Shown piece by piece: positions 37,239 through 44,507 of a stretch of 64,000 nucleotides of DNA; positions within the stretch are counted from its first letter, which is position 1, and each line of letters opens with the position of its first letter. Location: the sequence record PQ433349.1. The stretch is one strand, 5' to 3'. The DNA comes from Escherichia phage vB_Ec-G1. The notes beneath the pieces were generated by a model, which was not told where the DNA came from, made no database searches, and saw only the letters and a program-made list of their open reading frames with translations. Made by a program: the position numbers and the translations under genes.

Positions 37239-37313
37239 GGCCCTGTAGCTCAATGGGAGAGCTGTCGGCTCATAACCGATAGGTAGCTGGATCGAAACCA
37301 GCCAGGGCCACCA
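37239..37313 (+). tRNA. tRNA-Met (anticodon CAT; elongator or Ile2-type)
   Basis: Acceptor GGCCCTG/CAGGGCC, anticodon loop CTCATAA, T-arm, encoded CCA. Confidence 0.75.
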
Positions 37314-37315
37314 AC

Positions 37316-37390
37316 GTCTTTATGGTGTAATGGATAGCACAGGAGTCTTCTAAACTCTTAGTCAAGGTTCGATTCCTTGTAAAGACACCA
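37316..37390 (+). tRNA. tRNA-Arg (anticodon TCT)
   Basis: Acceptor GTCTTTA/TAAAGAC, anticodon loop CTTCTAA, T-loop TTCGATT, CCA. Confidence 0.8.
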
Positions 37391-37586
37391 GAACATTTTA
37401 ACATGAATTAGCTCAAGTGATTTGAACCCACTACTGATCATGGTGGCAGAGAATGAGGCAAGTATGTCAGACATTATAAACAAAGGCCACGGTTATATTA
37501 GAAGACATAAATGCTCGAAGAGCACCGTTCGTGGAGAACGGGGGTTGGTGGAGTCACCATTCATGGTAAAATGTTTTAAAAAACTA

Positions 37587-37615
37587 TTGACAACAAACAT
37601 TATTTTATGTTAGAT
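37587..37615 (+). promoter_or_regulatory. candidate sigma70-type promoter upstream of tRNA-Ser
   Basis: TTGACA, 17-nt spacer, TTAGAT. Confidence 0.4.
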
Positions 37616-37624
37616 TATAAATAT

Positions 37625-37715
37625 GGAAGGGCAAATCGACGTGGCGACGAAAACGGTCTTGAAAACCGCCGAGCTTGAAAGAGCCTTGGGAGTTCGACTC
37701 TCCCTCCTTCCGCCA
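37625..37715 (+). tRNA. tRNA-Ser (anticodon TGA), type II
   Basis: Acceptor GGAAGGG/TCCTTCC, anticodon loop CTTGAAA, long variable arm, CCA. Confidence 0.7.
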
Positions 37716-37740
37716 GATTGGTAGATTGGTAGATTGGTGA
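37716..37740 (+). repeat. tandem direct repeat (gattggta x3) overlapping tRNA 5' end
   Basis: gattggtagattggtagattggtg read directly. Confidence 0.6.
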
Positions 37741-37813
37741 AATGGTAGCCACAACAGTTTGCTAAACTGTAGTCGGAAACGGCGTGTAGGTTCGAGTCCT
37801 ACATCTACCGCCA
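37728..37813 (+). tRNA. tRNA-Ser (anticodon GCT), type II
   Basis: Acceptor GGTAGAT/ATCTACC, anticodon loop TTGCTAA, long variable arm, CCA. Confidence 0.7.
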
Positions 37814-37943
37814 AGTTCTTTTTAATATAGCTTACTTTAATAGAGTAAATTTTCGGCAGATGGCCCCCATCATCTTACCGATACCTCATAGTTAGTGGTG
37901 CGAACACTGGCTATTTTAAAAAGAATTTAAATATTAGTATTTA

Positions 37944-38031
37944 GGTGAGTTAATTCCGTAGGGGTAGCGGGGCAGACTGTAAATCTGTTATCATTGCGAT
38001 TCGGGTGGTTCGACTCCATCACTCACCACCA
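37944..38031 (+). tRNA. tRNA-Tyr (anticodon GTA), type II
   Basis: Acceptor GGTGAGT/ACTCACC, anticodon arm GCAGA-CTGTAAA-TCTGT as in bacterial tRNA-Tyr, discriminator A, CCA. Confidence 0.7.
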
Positions 38032-38037
38032 AATTAA

Positions 38038-38123
38038 GATGAGTTGGCTGAATGGTTTAAGCAGCGGACTGTTAATCCGTGTTCGAAAGAACAATATAGG
38101 TTCGAATCCTATACTCATCGCCA
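38038..38123 (+). tRNA. atypical tRNA with anticodon GTT (Asn) on a Tyr-like type II scaffold
   Basis: Acceptor GATGAGT/ACTCATC, anticodon loop CTGTTAA, extra GTTCGAAAGAAC hairpin before T-arm, discriminator G, CCA. Confidence 0.5.
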
Positions 38124-38130
38124 GAATTAT

Positions 38131-38207
38131 GGACTTGTAGAGTTAAGGTAAACCCCCAGTCGCCAATAGGCTTCTGGAATTGCAGGTATCGAATCCTGCC
38201 GAGTCCC
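38131..38207 (+). ncRNA. tRNA-like element without canonical anticodon arm (possible pseudo-tRNA)
   Basis: Acceptor-like GGACTTG/CGAGTCC and T-arm-like GCAGG-TATCGAAT-CCTGC, but no 5-7-5 anticodon arm with U33 could be folded. Confidence 0.3.
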
Positions 38208-38213
38208 AGCATT

Positions 38214-38288
38214 GCTCCTATAGTATAATGGCTATTACAACGGTTTTGTAATCCGTGGATCTCTGTTCGATTCAGTGTGGGAGCACCA
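38214..38288 (+). tRNA. tRNA-Thr (anticodon TGT)
   Basis: Acceptor GCTCCTA/TGGGAGC, anticodon loop TTTGTAA, T-loop TTCGATT, CCA. Confidence 0.7.
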
Positions 38289-38561
38289 ACACAACATTAA
38301 GAGCACTGTGATTGATCGTCGTATCCTGTGCACAAGGTCTGCTCGAAAGACAGTGTTCTTAGTATTGTGTTGATCACAAAAAGAGTCACCCGAAACTTGA
38401 CCGGAGTAGGGTTGGATGGGGCAAAATGAGAAGCGGCTCTCCCATCGACAGCAACGAAGAATAATATTTGACTTTGGTTTTGTATTATTTTAAGTTAGCT
38501 TACCGAACGTAGGGCTAGTCACCCAACGGGATACTCGTCACTGTCCCAATCAATAAAAGTC

Positions 38562-38591
38562 TTGACAACAAATAGTAAAATGTAGTATAGT
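38562..38591 (+). promoter_or_regulatory. sigma70-type promoter upstream of tRNA-Gly
   Basis: TTGACA, 18-nt spacer, TATAGT; tRNA starts about 12 nt downstream. Confidence 0.6.
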
Positions 38592-38602
38592 AAATATATA
38601 GG

Positions 38603-38676
38603 GCGTTCTTGGTGTAGCGGTAGCATTCCGTCCTTCCAAGTCGGCGGCACGAGTTCGATCCTCGTAGAACGCTCCA
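38603..38676 (+). tRNA. tRNA-Gly (anticodon TCC)
   Basis: Acceptor GCGTTCT/AGAACGC, anticodon loop CTTCCAA, T-arm ACGAG-TTCGATC-CTCGT, CCA. Confidence 0.7.
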
Positions 38677-38774
38677 AATTATTTAATAAAGGGTTGCCAG
38701 AAAACTTTCTCTTTTACTCATGGTTTTCTCCTTCTCTCACACTTCTTCTGGTTGCCCTTCATTAAATGATTTAT

Positions 38775-38850
38775 TGGTTTGTAGTGTAGTCCGGTAGCAC
38801 ACGACACTTTGACTGTCGTAGGTTTGGTTCAAATCCAGACAGACCAGCCA
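38775..38850 (+). tRNA. tRNA-Gln (anticodon TTG)
   Basis: U1:A72 acceptor TGGTTTG/CAGACCA, anticodon arm CGACA-CTTTGAC-TGTCG, CCA. Confidence 0.75.
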
Positions 38851-38855
38851 TATAA

Positions 38856-38932
38856 CGGAGTTTAGCTCAGTTTGGTAGAGCATACGCTTTGGGAGCGTAG
38901 GGTCGCAGGTTCGAATCCTGCAATTCCGACCA
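38856..38932 (+). tRNA. tRNA-Pro (anticodon TGG)
   Basis: C1:G72 acceptor CGGAGTT/AATTCCG, anticodon arm TACGC-TTTGGGA-GCGTA, T-arm GCAGG-TTCGAAT-CCTGC, CCA. Confidence 0.8.
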
Positions 38933-38938
38933 ATTAAA

Positions 38939-39012
38939 TGTTTCGTAGTTCAATGGTAGAACCCACGACTGATAATCGTGAGACACAAGTTCGATTCTTG
39001 TCGAAACAACCA
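38939..39012 (+). tRNA. tRNA-Ile (anticodon GAT)
   Basis: Acceptor TGTTTCG/CGAAACA, anticodon arm CACGA-CTGATAA-TCGTG, T-loop TTCGATT, CCA. Confidence 0.75.
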
Positions 39013-39014
39013 GT

Positions 39015-39085
39015 TTCCCGTTAGACTTACAGGATAAGAGTTCCACAGCTTATTGTGATGCTGGTTCGAATCCAGCACGGGATAC
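39015..39085 (+). ncRNA. degenerate tRNA-like element (intact T-arm, no canonical anticodon arm)
   Basis: T-arm GCTGG-TTCGAAT-CCAGC and acceptor pairing TTCCCGT/ACGGGAT present; no loop with U33 and purine-37 found. Confidence 0.3.
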
Positions 39086-39090
39086 ATAAT

Positions 39091-39169
39091 AGCGGGATAG
39101 AGGAGTCTGGTCGTCCTCGCCAGTTTCATATGCTGGAGATCATCGGTTCAAATCCGATTCCCGCCTCCA
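39091..39169 (+). tRNA. tRNA-Met (anticodon CAT), second copy, A1xC72 mismatch
   Basis: Anticodon arm CCAGT-TTCATAT-GCTGG, T-arm ATCGG-TTCAAAT-CCGAT, CCA; first acceptor pair unpaired. Confidence 0.6.
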
Positions 39170-39284
39170 AATATCGCTTGCCAGCGGTATCTTTGAAGAC
39201 CTTGCCTGGTTCCTTCTAAGATGGAGGGGTGCGACTCCTTAACGCACAATTATAATAAAGCATTTCAACTTAACAGTATTTACT

Positions 39285-39310
39285 AGCCTCCTTATTGGAG
39301 GCTTTTTGCT
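39285..39310 (+). terminator. rho-independent terminator after tRNA island
   Basis: AGCCTCC-ttatt-GGAGGCT followed by TTTTT. Confidence 0.7.
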
Positions 39311-39326
39311 ATCTATTGAATAAAAC

Positions 39327-39355
39327 TTGACTTATTATTTTTTATATGCTAAGAT
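39327..39355 (+). promoter_or_regulatory. sigma70-type promoter
   Basis: TTGACT, 17-nt spacer, TAAGAT; AGGAGG SD and ATG 39377 downstream. Confidence 0.55.
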
Positions 39356-39376
39356 AAAGTTTAGGAGGATTTTATT

Positions 39377-39673
39377 ATGCCTAAACTAAAACGTGGTCGT
39401 GGAAGACCAACAGCCGAAATGCAACAGATCTATGCAATGGATGCGGCGCAAGCAAGTGTAAAAGAATTATTTGCAGAGCATTATTTAGAAGCTATGCGAT
39501 ATATTGTTGAACTTGTTAATGATAAGGATGCAGCAAAACCTCTCCGCTTCCAAGCAGCCAAAGCTATTAAAGAGCAAGTAGAAGAATGGTTAGAAGAACA
39601 TTATGAAGCTATGGAAGAAGAAACTCCTGCCGTGCAGAATACAGATGACGTTCCTAAAAAGATCGTAATCTAA
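39377..39673 (+). CDS. hypothetical DNA-binding protein with AT-hook-like KRGRGRP (possible small terminase subunit)
   Basis: AGGAGG SD; N-terminal KRGRGRPT; acidic C-terminus; first gene of late block. Confidence 0.5.
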   Translation: MPKLKRGRGRPTAEMQQIYAMDAAQASVKELFAEHYLEAMRYIVELVNDKDAAKPLRFQAAKAIKEQVEEWLEEHYEAMEEETPAVQNTDDVPKKIVI

Positions 39674-39721
39674 TCCCTCTCCTCTCTTGGGGCTTTGCCC
39701 CTCCTCCTTGTTATTTTTAAC

Positions 39722-39757
39722 ACCCCTCTCCGAAAGGTTAGGGGCTTTTTTATTTTT
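39722..39757 (+). terminator. rho-independent terminator
   Basis: CCCCT...AGGGG hairpin followed by TTTTTTATTTTT. Confidence 0.65.
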
Positions 39758-39762
39758 AATAC

Positions 39763-39792
39763 TTGCAATTGTATATACTTTTGTGATAAGAT
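39763..39792 (+). promoter_or_regulatory. sigma70-type promoter
   Basis: TTGCAA, 18-nt spacer, TAAGAT. Confidence 0.5.
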
Positions 39793-39813
39793 CAGATATG
39801 AGGAGGATAAAAT

Positions 39814-39984
39814 ATGCGCAATTTTGTAGTTAAAAATGATTTTAACCGTTCTTCTTATCATAAAGATAAAAAGAATGATTACACACGGGCTTGGAACTTG
39901 GAGGAAGAACTTTATGATGACAGAGAAGACGTGGGAAGAGATCCTAGCGGAGGCTCAACCAATGGAAGTGAAGAAGATAGTTAA
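39814..39984 (+). CDS. small hypothetical protein (56 aa)
   Basis: Unlisted ORF MRNFVVKNDF... with GAGGAGGA SD. Confidence 0.35.
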   Translation: MRNFVVKNDFNRSSYHKDKKNDYTRAWNLEEELYDDREDVGRDPSGGSTNGSEEDS

Positions 39985-40051
39985 TAATGCCCCTTCTCTT
40001 CCTAAAATAAAATTTTACGAGGAAGTAGAAGATAATGAATCTAAAGACTAA
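39914..40051 (+). CDS. small hypothetical protein (45 aa; internal start of track ORF 39836..40051)
   Basis: GGAGGAAG SD before ATG 39914. Confidence 0.3.
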   Translation: MMTEKTWEEILAEAQPMEVKKIVNNAPSLPKIKFYEEVEDNESKD

Positions 40052-40427
40052 AACTGTATTAGGTTTTGTTTTAATTGTTGTTCTTATTCTTGCCGGAATG
40101 TTTGCTTATAACAAGATACGTGAGTCTGGCTACAAAGATGGTGTTGCCTATCAAACGCAATTATATCAAGCAGCCCAAGCAAAAGCAAAACAGGATTTTG
40201 ATGTTCTTCAAAAAAGAGCCGATGAAGAAAGAGCATTATTAAATACCCAAATAAACAACTTGTCTAAAAACAATGCACAATTAAAAGCAGATTTAGAGAA
40301 GAAGAAACAAACGATCAATGAGGATACAACGAATTATGCAAAAACTAATTCTGGCAGTATGTCTTGCTTTGCCCCTAATGATGACGGGTTGTTCATCATC
40401 AACAAAAGTTTCCCCAGTTCTTATTGA
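40035..40427 (+). CDS. i-spanin (Rz-like inner-membrane spanin subunit)
   Basis: N-terminal transmembrane helix then coiled-coil periplasmic domain; overlaps o-spanin gene. Confidence 0.6.
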   Translation: MNLKTKTVLGFVLIVVLILAGMFAYNKIRESGYKDGVAYQTQLYQAAQAKAKQDFDVLQKRADEERALLNTQINNLSKNNAQLKADLEKKKQTINEDTTNYAKTNSGSMSCFAPNDDGLFIINKSFPSSY

Positions 40428-40662
40428 TGAGTGTAAGGCTGTAGCCATAGAAAAGGTTAAAGGTCCAGATTCAGACTTGATGGATAAAGTATCGACACCT
40501 GTGCCATACACTAAAAATAAAATTGCAAAAGGGGTCAGTAGATCTGAAGTTGTTAACAACCAAACTCAAAACAACGCTCTTTGGGAGCAAGATAGACGAA
40601 AGGTTTTAGGTTTACAAACATATATTAAAACACTGCAAGAAAAAGGTATTATTGCTGAATAA
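40318..40662 (+). CDS. o-spanin (Rz1-like outer-membrane lipoprotein)
   Basis: Lipoprotein signal MQKLILAVCLALPLMMTGC (lipobox MTGC); starts inside i-spanin ORF in +1 frame. Confidence 0.65.
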   Translation: MRIQRIMQKLILAVCLALPLMMTGCSSSTKVSPVLIDECKAVAIEKVKGPDSDLMDKVSTPVPYTKNKIAKGVSRSEVVNNQTQNNALWEQDRRKVLGLQTYIKTLQEKGIIAE

Positions 40663-40671
40663 GGAGGAAAT

Positions 40672-42747
40672 GTGGCAAAGAAAAAGGCAGCAGGTAGTTT
40701 AGCTGGAGTAGATATTGAAGTAAAGGCTCAACCAGGTAAACAGACTCTTGCAATGGATTTAATGCCAGAAGTTATGATTTATGGTGGTGCCGCTGGATGT
40801 GTTTCTGCTGAAACGGAATATCTTACAAAAGATGGTTGGAGACAGATTAGTGAATATTCAGGAGAGGATATTTACCAATACAACCCTAAGAATAAGCGTT
40901 TAGAATTGGTAACACCTTATTTTGTAGAATACGATTTAAATGGAGATAACCTATACAGAATAACAAATGGTGTAGGGTTGTTCCAAGAACTTAGTATGGA
41001 ACACCGTTTTGTATTCTATAAGAAAAAGAAATCAAAGAAACATTTCGAGATTCTTGTAGGAGATCTTATTGCATTACAGCAAATAGGAAAACCCCTTCAA
41101 GGTTATGTAGAAAATCCATTCGGTAAACGTGTTCCTTTTAACATACCTGGTAAAAAGAGCACTTACTTAAAAATACACGAGGTTATTTCAACAGATGATA
41201 AGAAATATTGTTTTGAGACTCCAAGCAGTTATATTGTCTTTAGACGTGGCGATCACTGCTTCGTTACTGGGAATAGCGGCAAGTCTCGTCTGCTATTGCT
41301 GAAAGCTTTAAAATACGCCTACAAAGATCCTTTGTTTGGTGGAATACTTTTTCGTAAGAACACCACTGCTCACCGTAAACCAGGTGGTCTGTTTACAGAA
41401 GCAAAACGTTTGTATCTTCCTTTACAACCGCACGTAAAAGAAAGTACAATGGATATCATTTTTGAAGCCACTGGTGGCGGAACCCTCAAATTCGACCATT
41501 TGGAAAATGATAACGTAACAGCAGAAACAAACCATCAGGGTACACAGTATTCAATGGTAGGTTTTGACGAGTTAACCCACTTCACGCAATATGAAATGCT
41601 CTATCTTCTGGGACGTATGCGTTCAGAATCAGAAACAAGCTTCATGTTGTGCACATGTAACCCCGATGCAGATAGTTGGGTTTTGAATTGGGTGTTACCT
41701 TATCTTGATGAGGGTGGTTATCCTAGAGAAGATATGTGTGGTAAACAAAAATATTTCATCATTGTTAACGATGAACCTGTTTTTGCTGACACACCTGAAG
41801 AACTGAAAGAAAAATATCCAGAAAACTGTTTCATGGAAAACCCTAATACAGGGGAGACAGTTGTTATTGAACCACAAACTTTCGTATTTATTGGTGGGAC
41901 AATATTTGATAACCCAGAACTGATTAGGCTTAACCCTAATTACTTAGCACAGCTTAAATCACAAACAGCAATTAAAAGAGCACAGCTTCTGGATGGTTGT
42001 TGGTTTGCACGTATTCAGAAAGAATCTTTCTTTCAACGTGAATGGTTACATAAAATATCTTATAAAGATGTTCCTAACAATCTTAAACTAATGCGAGCCT
42101 GGGATAAAGCTGTTTCAGTTCCTACAGAAACTTATCGTTATCCAGACTATACAACGTCTGTCAAAATGGGTAAAGATCAAGATGGTAATATCTACATCTT
42201 TGGTGACTATGACTATGACGCTGTGGATGAGAAAAGTAAAATTTTCGGAAGGTTTAGAAGACTACCTGGGGAAAGGGATAATCTGATTCTTAATCAATGT
42301 AAGATTGATGGACCAGAAGTTACAGTAGTGCTTCCTAAAGACCCATCTGGTGCTGGGACAATAGAATATACAGAGTCTGCAAAGAAACTTATTCTAGAAG
42401 GTTTTGTTGTTAAACCAGATGCTATGCCAGGTAACAAGAAAAAGCTTCAGCGTTTTATGCCTTTTAGTAGCGCGTGTCAAAATGGTTTTGTTTATATTGT
42501 TGAAGATTCTTTCCCTAATGTGGAAACTCTAACCCACTTTTATAAAGAATTGGAATCTTTCAATGGTGAAAGATCTACAGCCACTATTAAAGATGACATT
42601 CCCGATGCTGCTGCTTCTTGTTTCAATACTCTGTCAAAAGAGAATACTTTCAAGGCAGTAGCTATCCCTGCAACAACAAATGCTCCTACAGGATACAGTA
42701 GAATGAACAGCGGATTTCACCAACCGTATAGTGTCCGTAAAAGATAA
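40672..42747 (+). CDS. terminase large subunit, intein-containing precursor
   Basis: GTG start after AGGAGG SD; split Walker A YGGAAG / SGKSRLLLL, Walker B-like VGFDELTHF; directly upstream of portal. Confidence 0.85.
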   Translation: MAKKKAAGSLAGVDIEVKAQPGKQTLAMDLMPEVMIYGGAAGCVSAETEYLTKDGWRQISEYSGEDIYQYNPKNKRLELVTPYFVEYDLNGDNLYRITNGVGLFQELSMEHRFVFYKKKKSKKHFEILVGDLIALQQIGKPLQGYVENPFGKRVPFNIPGKKSTYLKIHEVISTDDKKYCFETPSSYIVFRRGDHCFVTGNSGKSRLLLLKALKYAYKDPLFGGILFRKNTTAHRKPGGLFTEAKRLYLPLQPHVKESTMDIIFEATGGGTLKFDHLENDNVTAETNHQGTQYSMVGFDELTHFTQYEMLYLLGRMRSESETSFMLCTCNPDADSWVLNWVLPYLDEGGYPREDMCGKQKYFIIVNDEPVFADTPEELKEKYPENCFMENPNTGETVVIEPQTFVFIGGTIFDNPELIRLNPNYLAQLKSQTAIKRAQLLDGCWFARIQKESFFQREWLHKISYKDVPNNLKLMRAWDKAVSVPTETYRYPDYTTSVKMGKDQDGNIYIFGDYDYDAVDEKSKIFGRFRRLPGERDNLILNQCKIDGPEVTVVLPKDPSGAGTIEYTESAKKLILEGFVVKPDAMPGNKKKLQRFMPFSSACQNGFVYIVEDSFPNVETLTHFYKELESFNGERSTATIKDDIPDAAASCFNTLSKENTFKAVAIPATTNAPTGYSRMNSGFHQPYSVRKR
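40798..41274 (+). other. mini-intein (159 aa) inserted in terminase Walker A P-loop
   Basis: Begins with Cys (CVSAETEY), ends ...FVTGN followed by Ser; removal restores GGAAGSGKS. Confidence 0.7.
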
Positions 42748-42750
42748 TTG

Positions 42751-42779
42751 TTGACAAAAGTCACTTTAAAGTGTATTAT
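42751..42779 (+). promoter_or_regulatory. sigma70-type promoter upstream of portal gene
   Basis: TTGACA, 17-nt spacer, TATTAT. Confidence 0.6.
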
Positions 42780-42848
42780 AACTAGATAGGTGAGGTTGTA
42801 TATAATACAGCCTTGCCTTAACGATTTTATACCTGACTGGAGGAACAA

Positions 42849-44414
42849 GTGTCAACAGGAAAAAGAACGTACACTAAAAAGTCAGAATACTGGGACAAAG
42901 GTGCTGCAAATAAAGCTGCTCTCTCTCCAACAAAAGAAGCAGAGAAAGAGAAAACGTTACTCCTGTCACCTGAAATAGGAACGATCGGATTAAACTCAAT
43001 CAAAGCATTTACGAATTTCATGCAACCTTATGAGACTCGTTTCCCAGAATGTATTCGAACTTTTAAAGAGATGGGTGAAGACCCTGATGTAGCTACTGCT
43101 CTTGATGCTACGTATATCTTTGTAGATAGAGCATTCTTTGATTTTAAGATAAAATACAATGTAAGCTCGGCAAAGTCAAGAAAAGCTGCTAAGTTTATTG
43201 ATTATATGTTACGTAATATGCAAGCCCCTCTACGTCAATATGTTAGATCACTTTTGACATATAAGCAATATGGGTTTGCATTCGCAGAAAAAGTTTATGA
43301 GTTGGATGAAGATCCTAAGAGTCCTTACTTTGGGTATTGGCGATTAACTAAGCTGGCTTTTAGACCACAAGATACTCTTCACATGGCTCAACCTTTTACA
43401 TATTCGGCAGACGGACGTTCTATCTTGTCTGTTAACCAGAATATCACCAATACAATGTTAGCCCCAGGGAATACAACTTTAGAAACTGGTATTAAAGAAA
43501 TTCCTTTCAGTAAAGTTTTATTTGTTGGTAGCAACATTACAGAGAATAACCCACTAGGAGTTAGTCCGCTTTTAGCTGTATATCGTAGCTGGCGTGAAAA
43601 ATCTCTTATTCAGGAATTTGAGGTTATTGGGGTATCTAAAGATTTAGGCGGTATGCCAGTTCTTAAGGTTCCAAGTGACATTCTAAACAGGGCATCTTTA
43701 GATCCTGCTGGGGATGAAGCACAATCTCTTCGAGTTCTCCAAGCCAACATCGCTAACCTGCACTCTGGTGAGCAAGCCTACATGGTATTGCCTTCAGACG
43801 TTTATGAAGGTACAGTGATGCGTCAATACGATCTTGTATTCCAAGGTGTTGATGGCACGGGTAAACAGTTTGACACTCAAGCACTAATCAAACAACGCAA
43901 ACTGGATATTTATAACCGCTTTGGTGCGGGTGTGTTGATTATGGGTGATGGTGATGCAGGAAGTTTTGCGCTTTCTGACAACAAACAAACACTATTGTCT
44001 CATTTTATTGAGCGAGATGTAGATATTGTTGTAGAAGCTATAAACTCTCAACTGATCCCTCAAACACTACGACTAAACAATATCTTCCTTTCTGATGAAG
44101 ATATGCCTAAGTTTGTTAGTGGTGAAATGGGTGATCCTGATATTGAAGTAAATGCTAAAGCTATTCAACAGTTGGTAGCCTCTGGTGCAATACCTTTAAC
44201 CCCAGAAGTTATTAACGAGTTCCTTGAAAAAATTGGTTTTGAATATCGCATCCCTGACGATATTGTTGCCAATAAAGAGAAATTCTTTGAATTCATGGAT
44301 AACTATATGCCTGACAAAACTTCACGATCAGGAGATGGTTTAGCTACAGCGGGAACTGGAACGTCTGATACTGTTTCTGCTTTAGATCCTTCAGCACAAA
44401 ACCTGTCGAATTAA
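42849..44414 (+). CDS. portal protein
   Basis: 521-aa ORF immediately after large terminase; GTG start with GGAGGAA SD; size and position. Confidence 0.7.
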   Translation: MSTGKRTYTKKSEYWDKGAANKAALSPTKEAEKEKTLLLSPEIGTIGLNSIKAFTNFMQPYETRFPECIRTFKEMGEDPDVATALDATYIFVDRAFFDFKIKYNVSSAKSRKAAKFIDYMLRNMQAPLRQYVRSLLTYKQYGFAFAEKVYELDEDPKSPYFGYWRLTKLAFRPQDTLHMAQPFTYSADGRSILSVNQNITNTMLAPGNTTLETGIKEIPFSKVLFVGSNITENNPLGVSPLLAVYRSWREKSLIQEFEVIGVSKDLGGMPVLKVPSDILNRASLDPAGDEAQSLRVLQANIANLHSGEQAYMVLPSDVYEGTVMRQYDLVFQGVDGTGKQFDTQALIKQRKLDIYNRFGAGVLIMGDGDAGSFALSDNKQTLLSHFIERDVDIVVEAINSQLIPQTLRLNNIFLSDEDMPKFVSGEMGDPDIEVNAKAIQQLVASGAIPLTPEVINEFLEKIGFEYRIPDDIVANKEKFFEFMDNYMPDKTSRSGDGLATAGTGTSDTVSALDPSAQNLSN

Positions 44415-44442
44415 AAATATTTAATATTTTTTAATTTTTCTA

Positions 44443-44471
44443 TTGACAAAACAACAAATATCCTGTAGACT
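44443..44471 (+). promoter_or_regulatory. sigma70-type promoter
   Basis: TTGACA, 17-nt spacer, TAGACT. Confidence 0.5.
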
Positions 44472-44507
44472 AAGATTTATGGGATATCTGTTTTTAAGAG
44501 GTTTCAA

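Noticed and set aside
37422-37613. 63-aa ORF inside the tRNA island
   Set aside because: No ribosome-binding site, sits between tRNAs and overlaps a promoter-like element; more likely noncoding.
37830-37856. Weak hairpin after tRNA-Ser(GCT) as a terminator
   Set aside because: Only a 5-bp AT-rich stem (TTACT/AGTAA) with a short U-run; too weak to call.
40672-42747. Terminase ORF as a fusion of two separate genes, or the insert as a homing endonuclease
   Set aside because: The frame is continuous, the insert is bounded by Cys and Asn-Ser junctions that restore a Walker A motif, and it is too short for an endonuclease domain; a mini-intein fits better.
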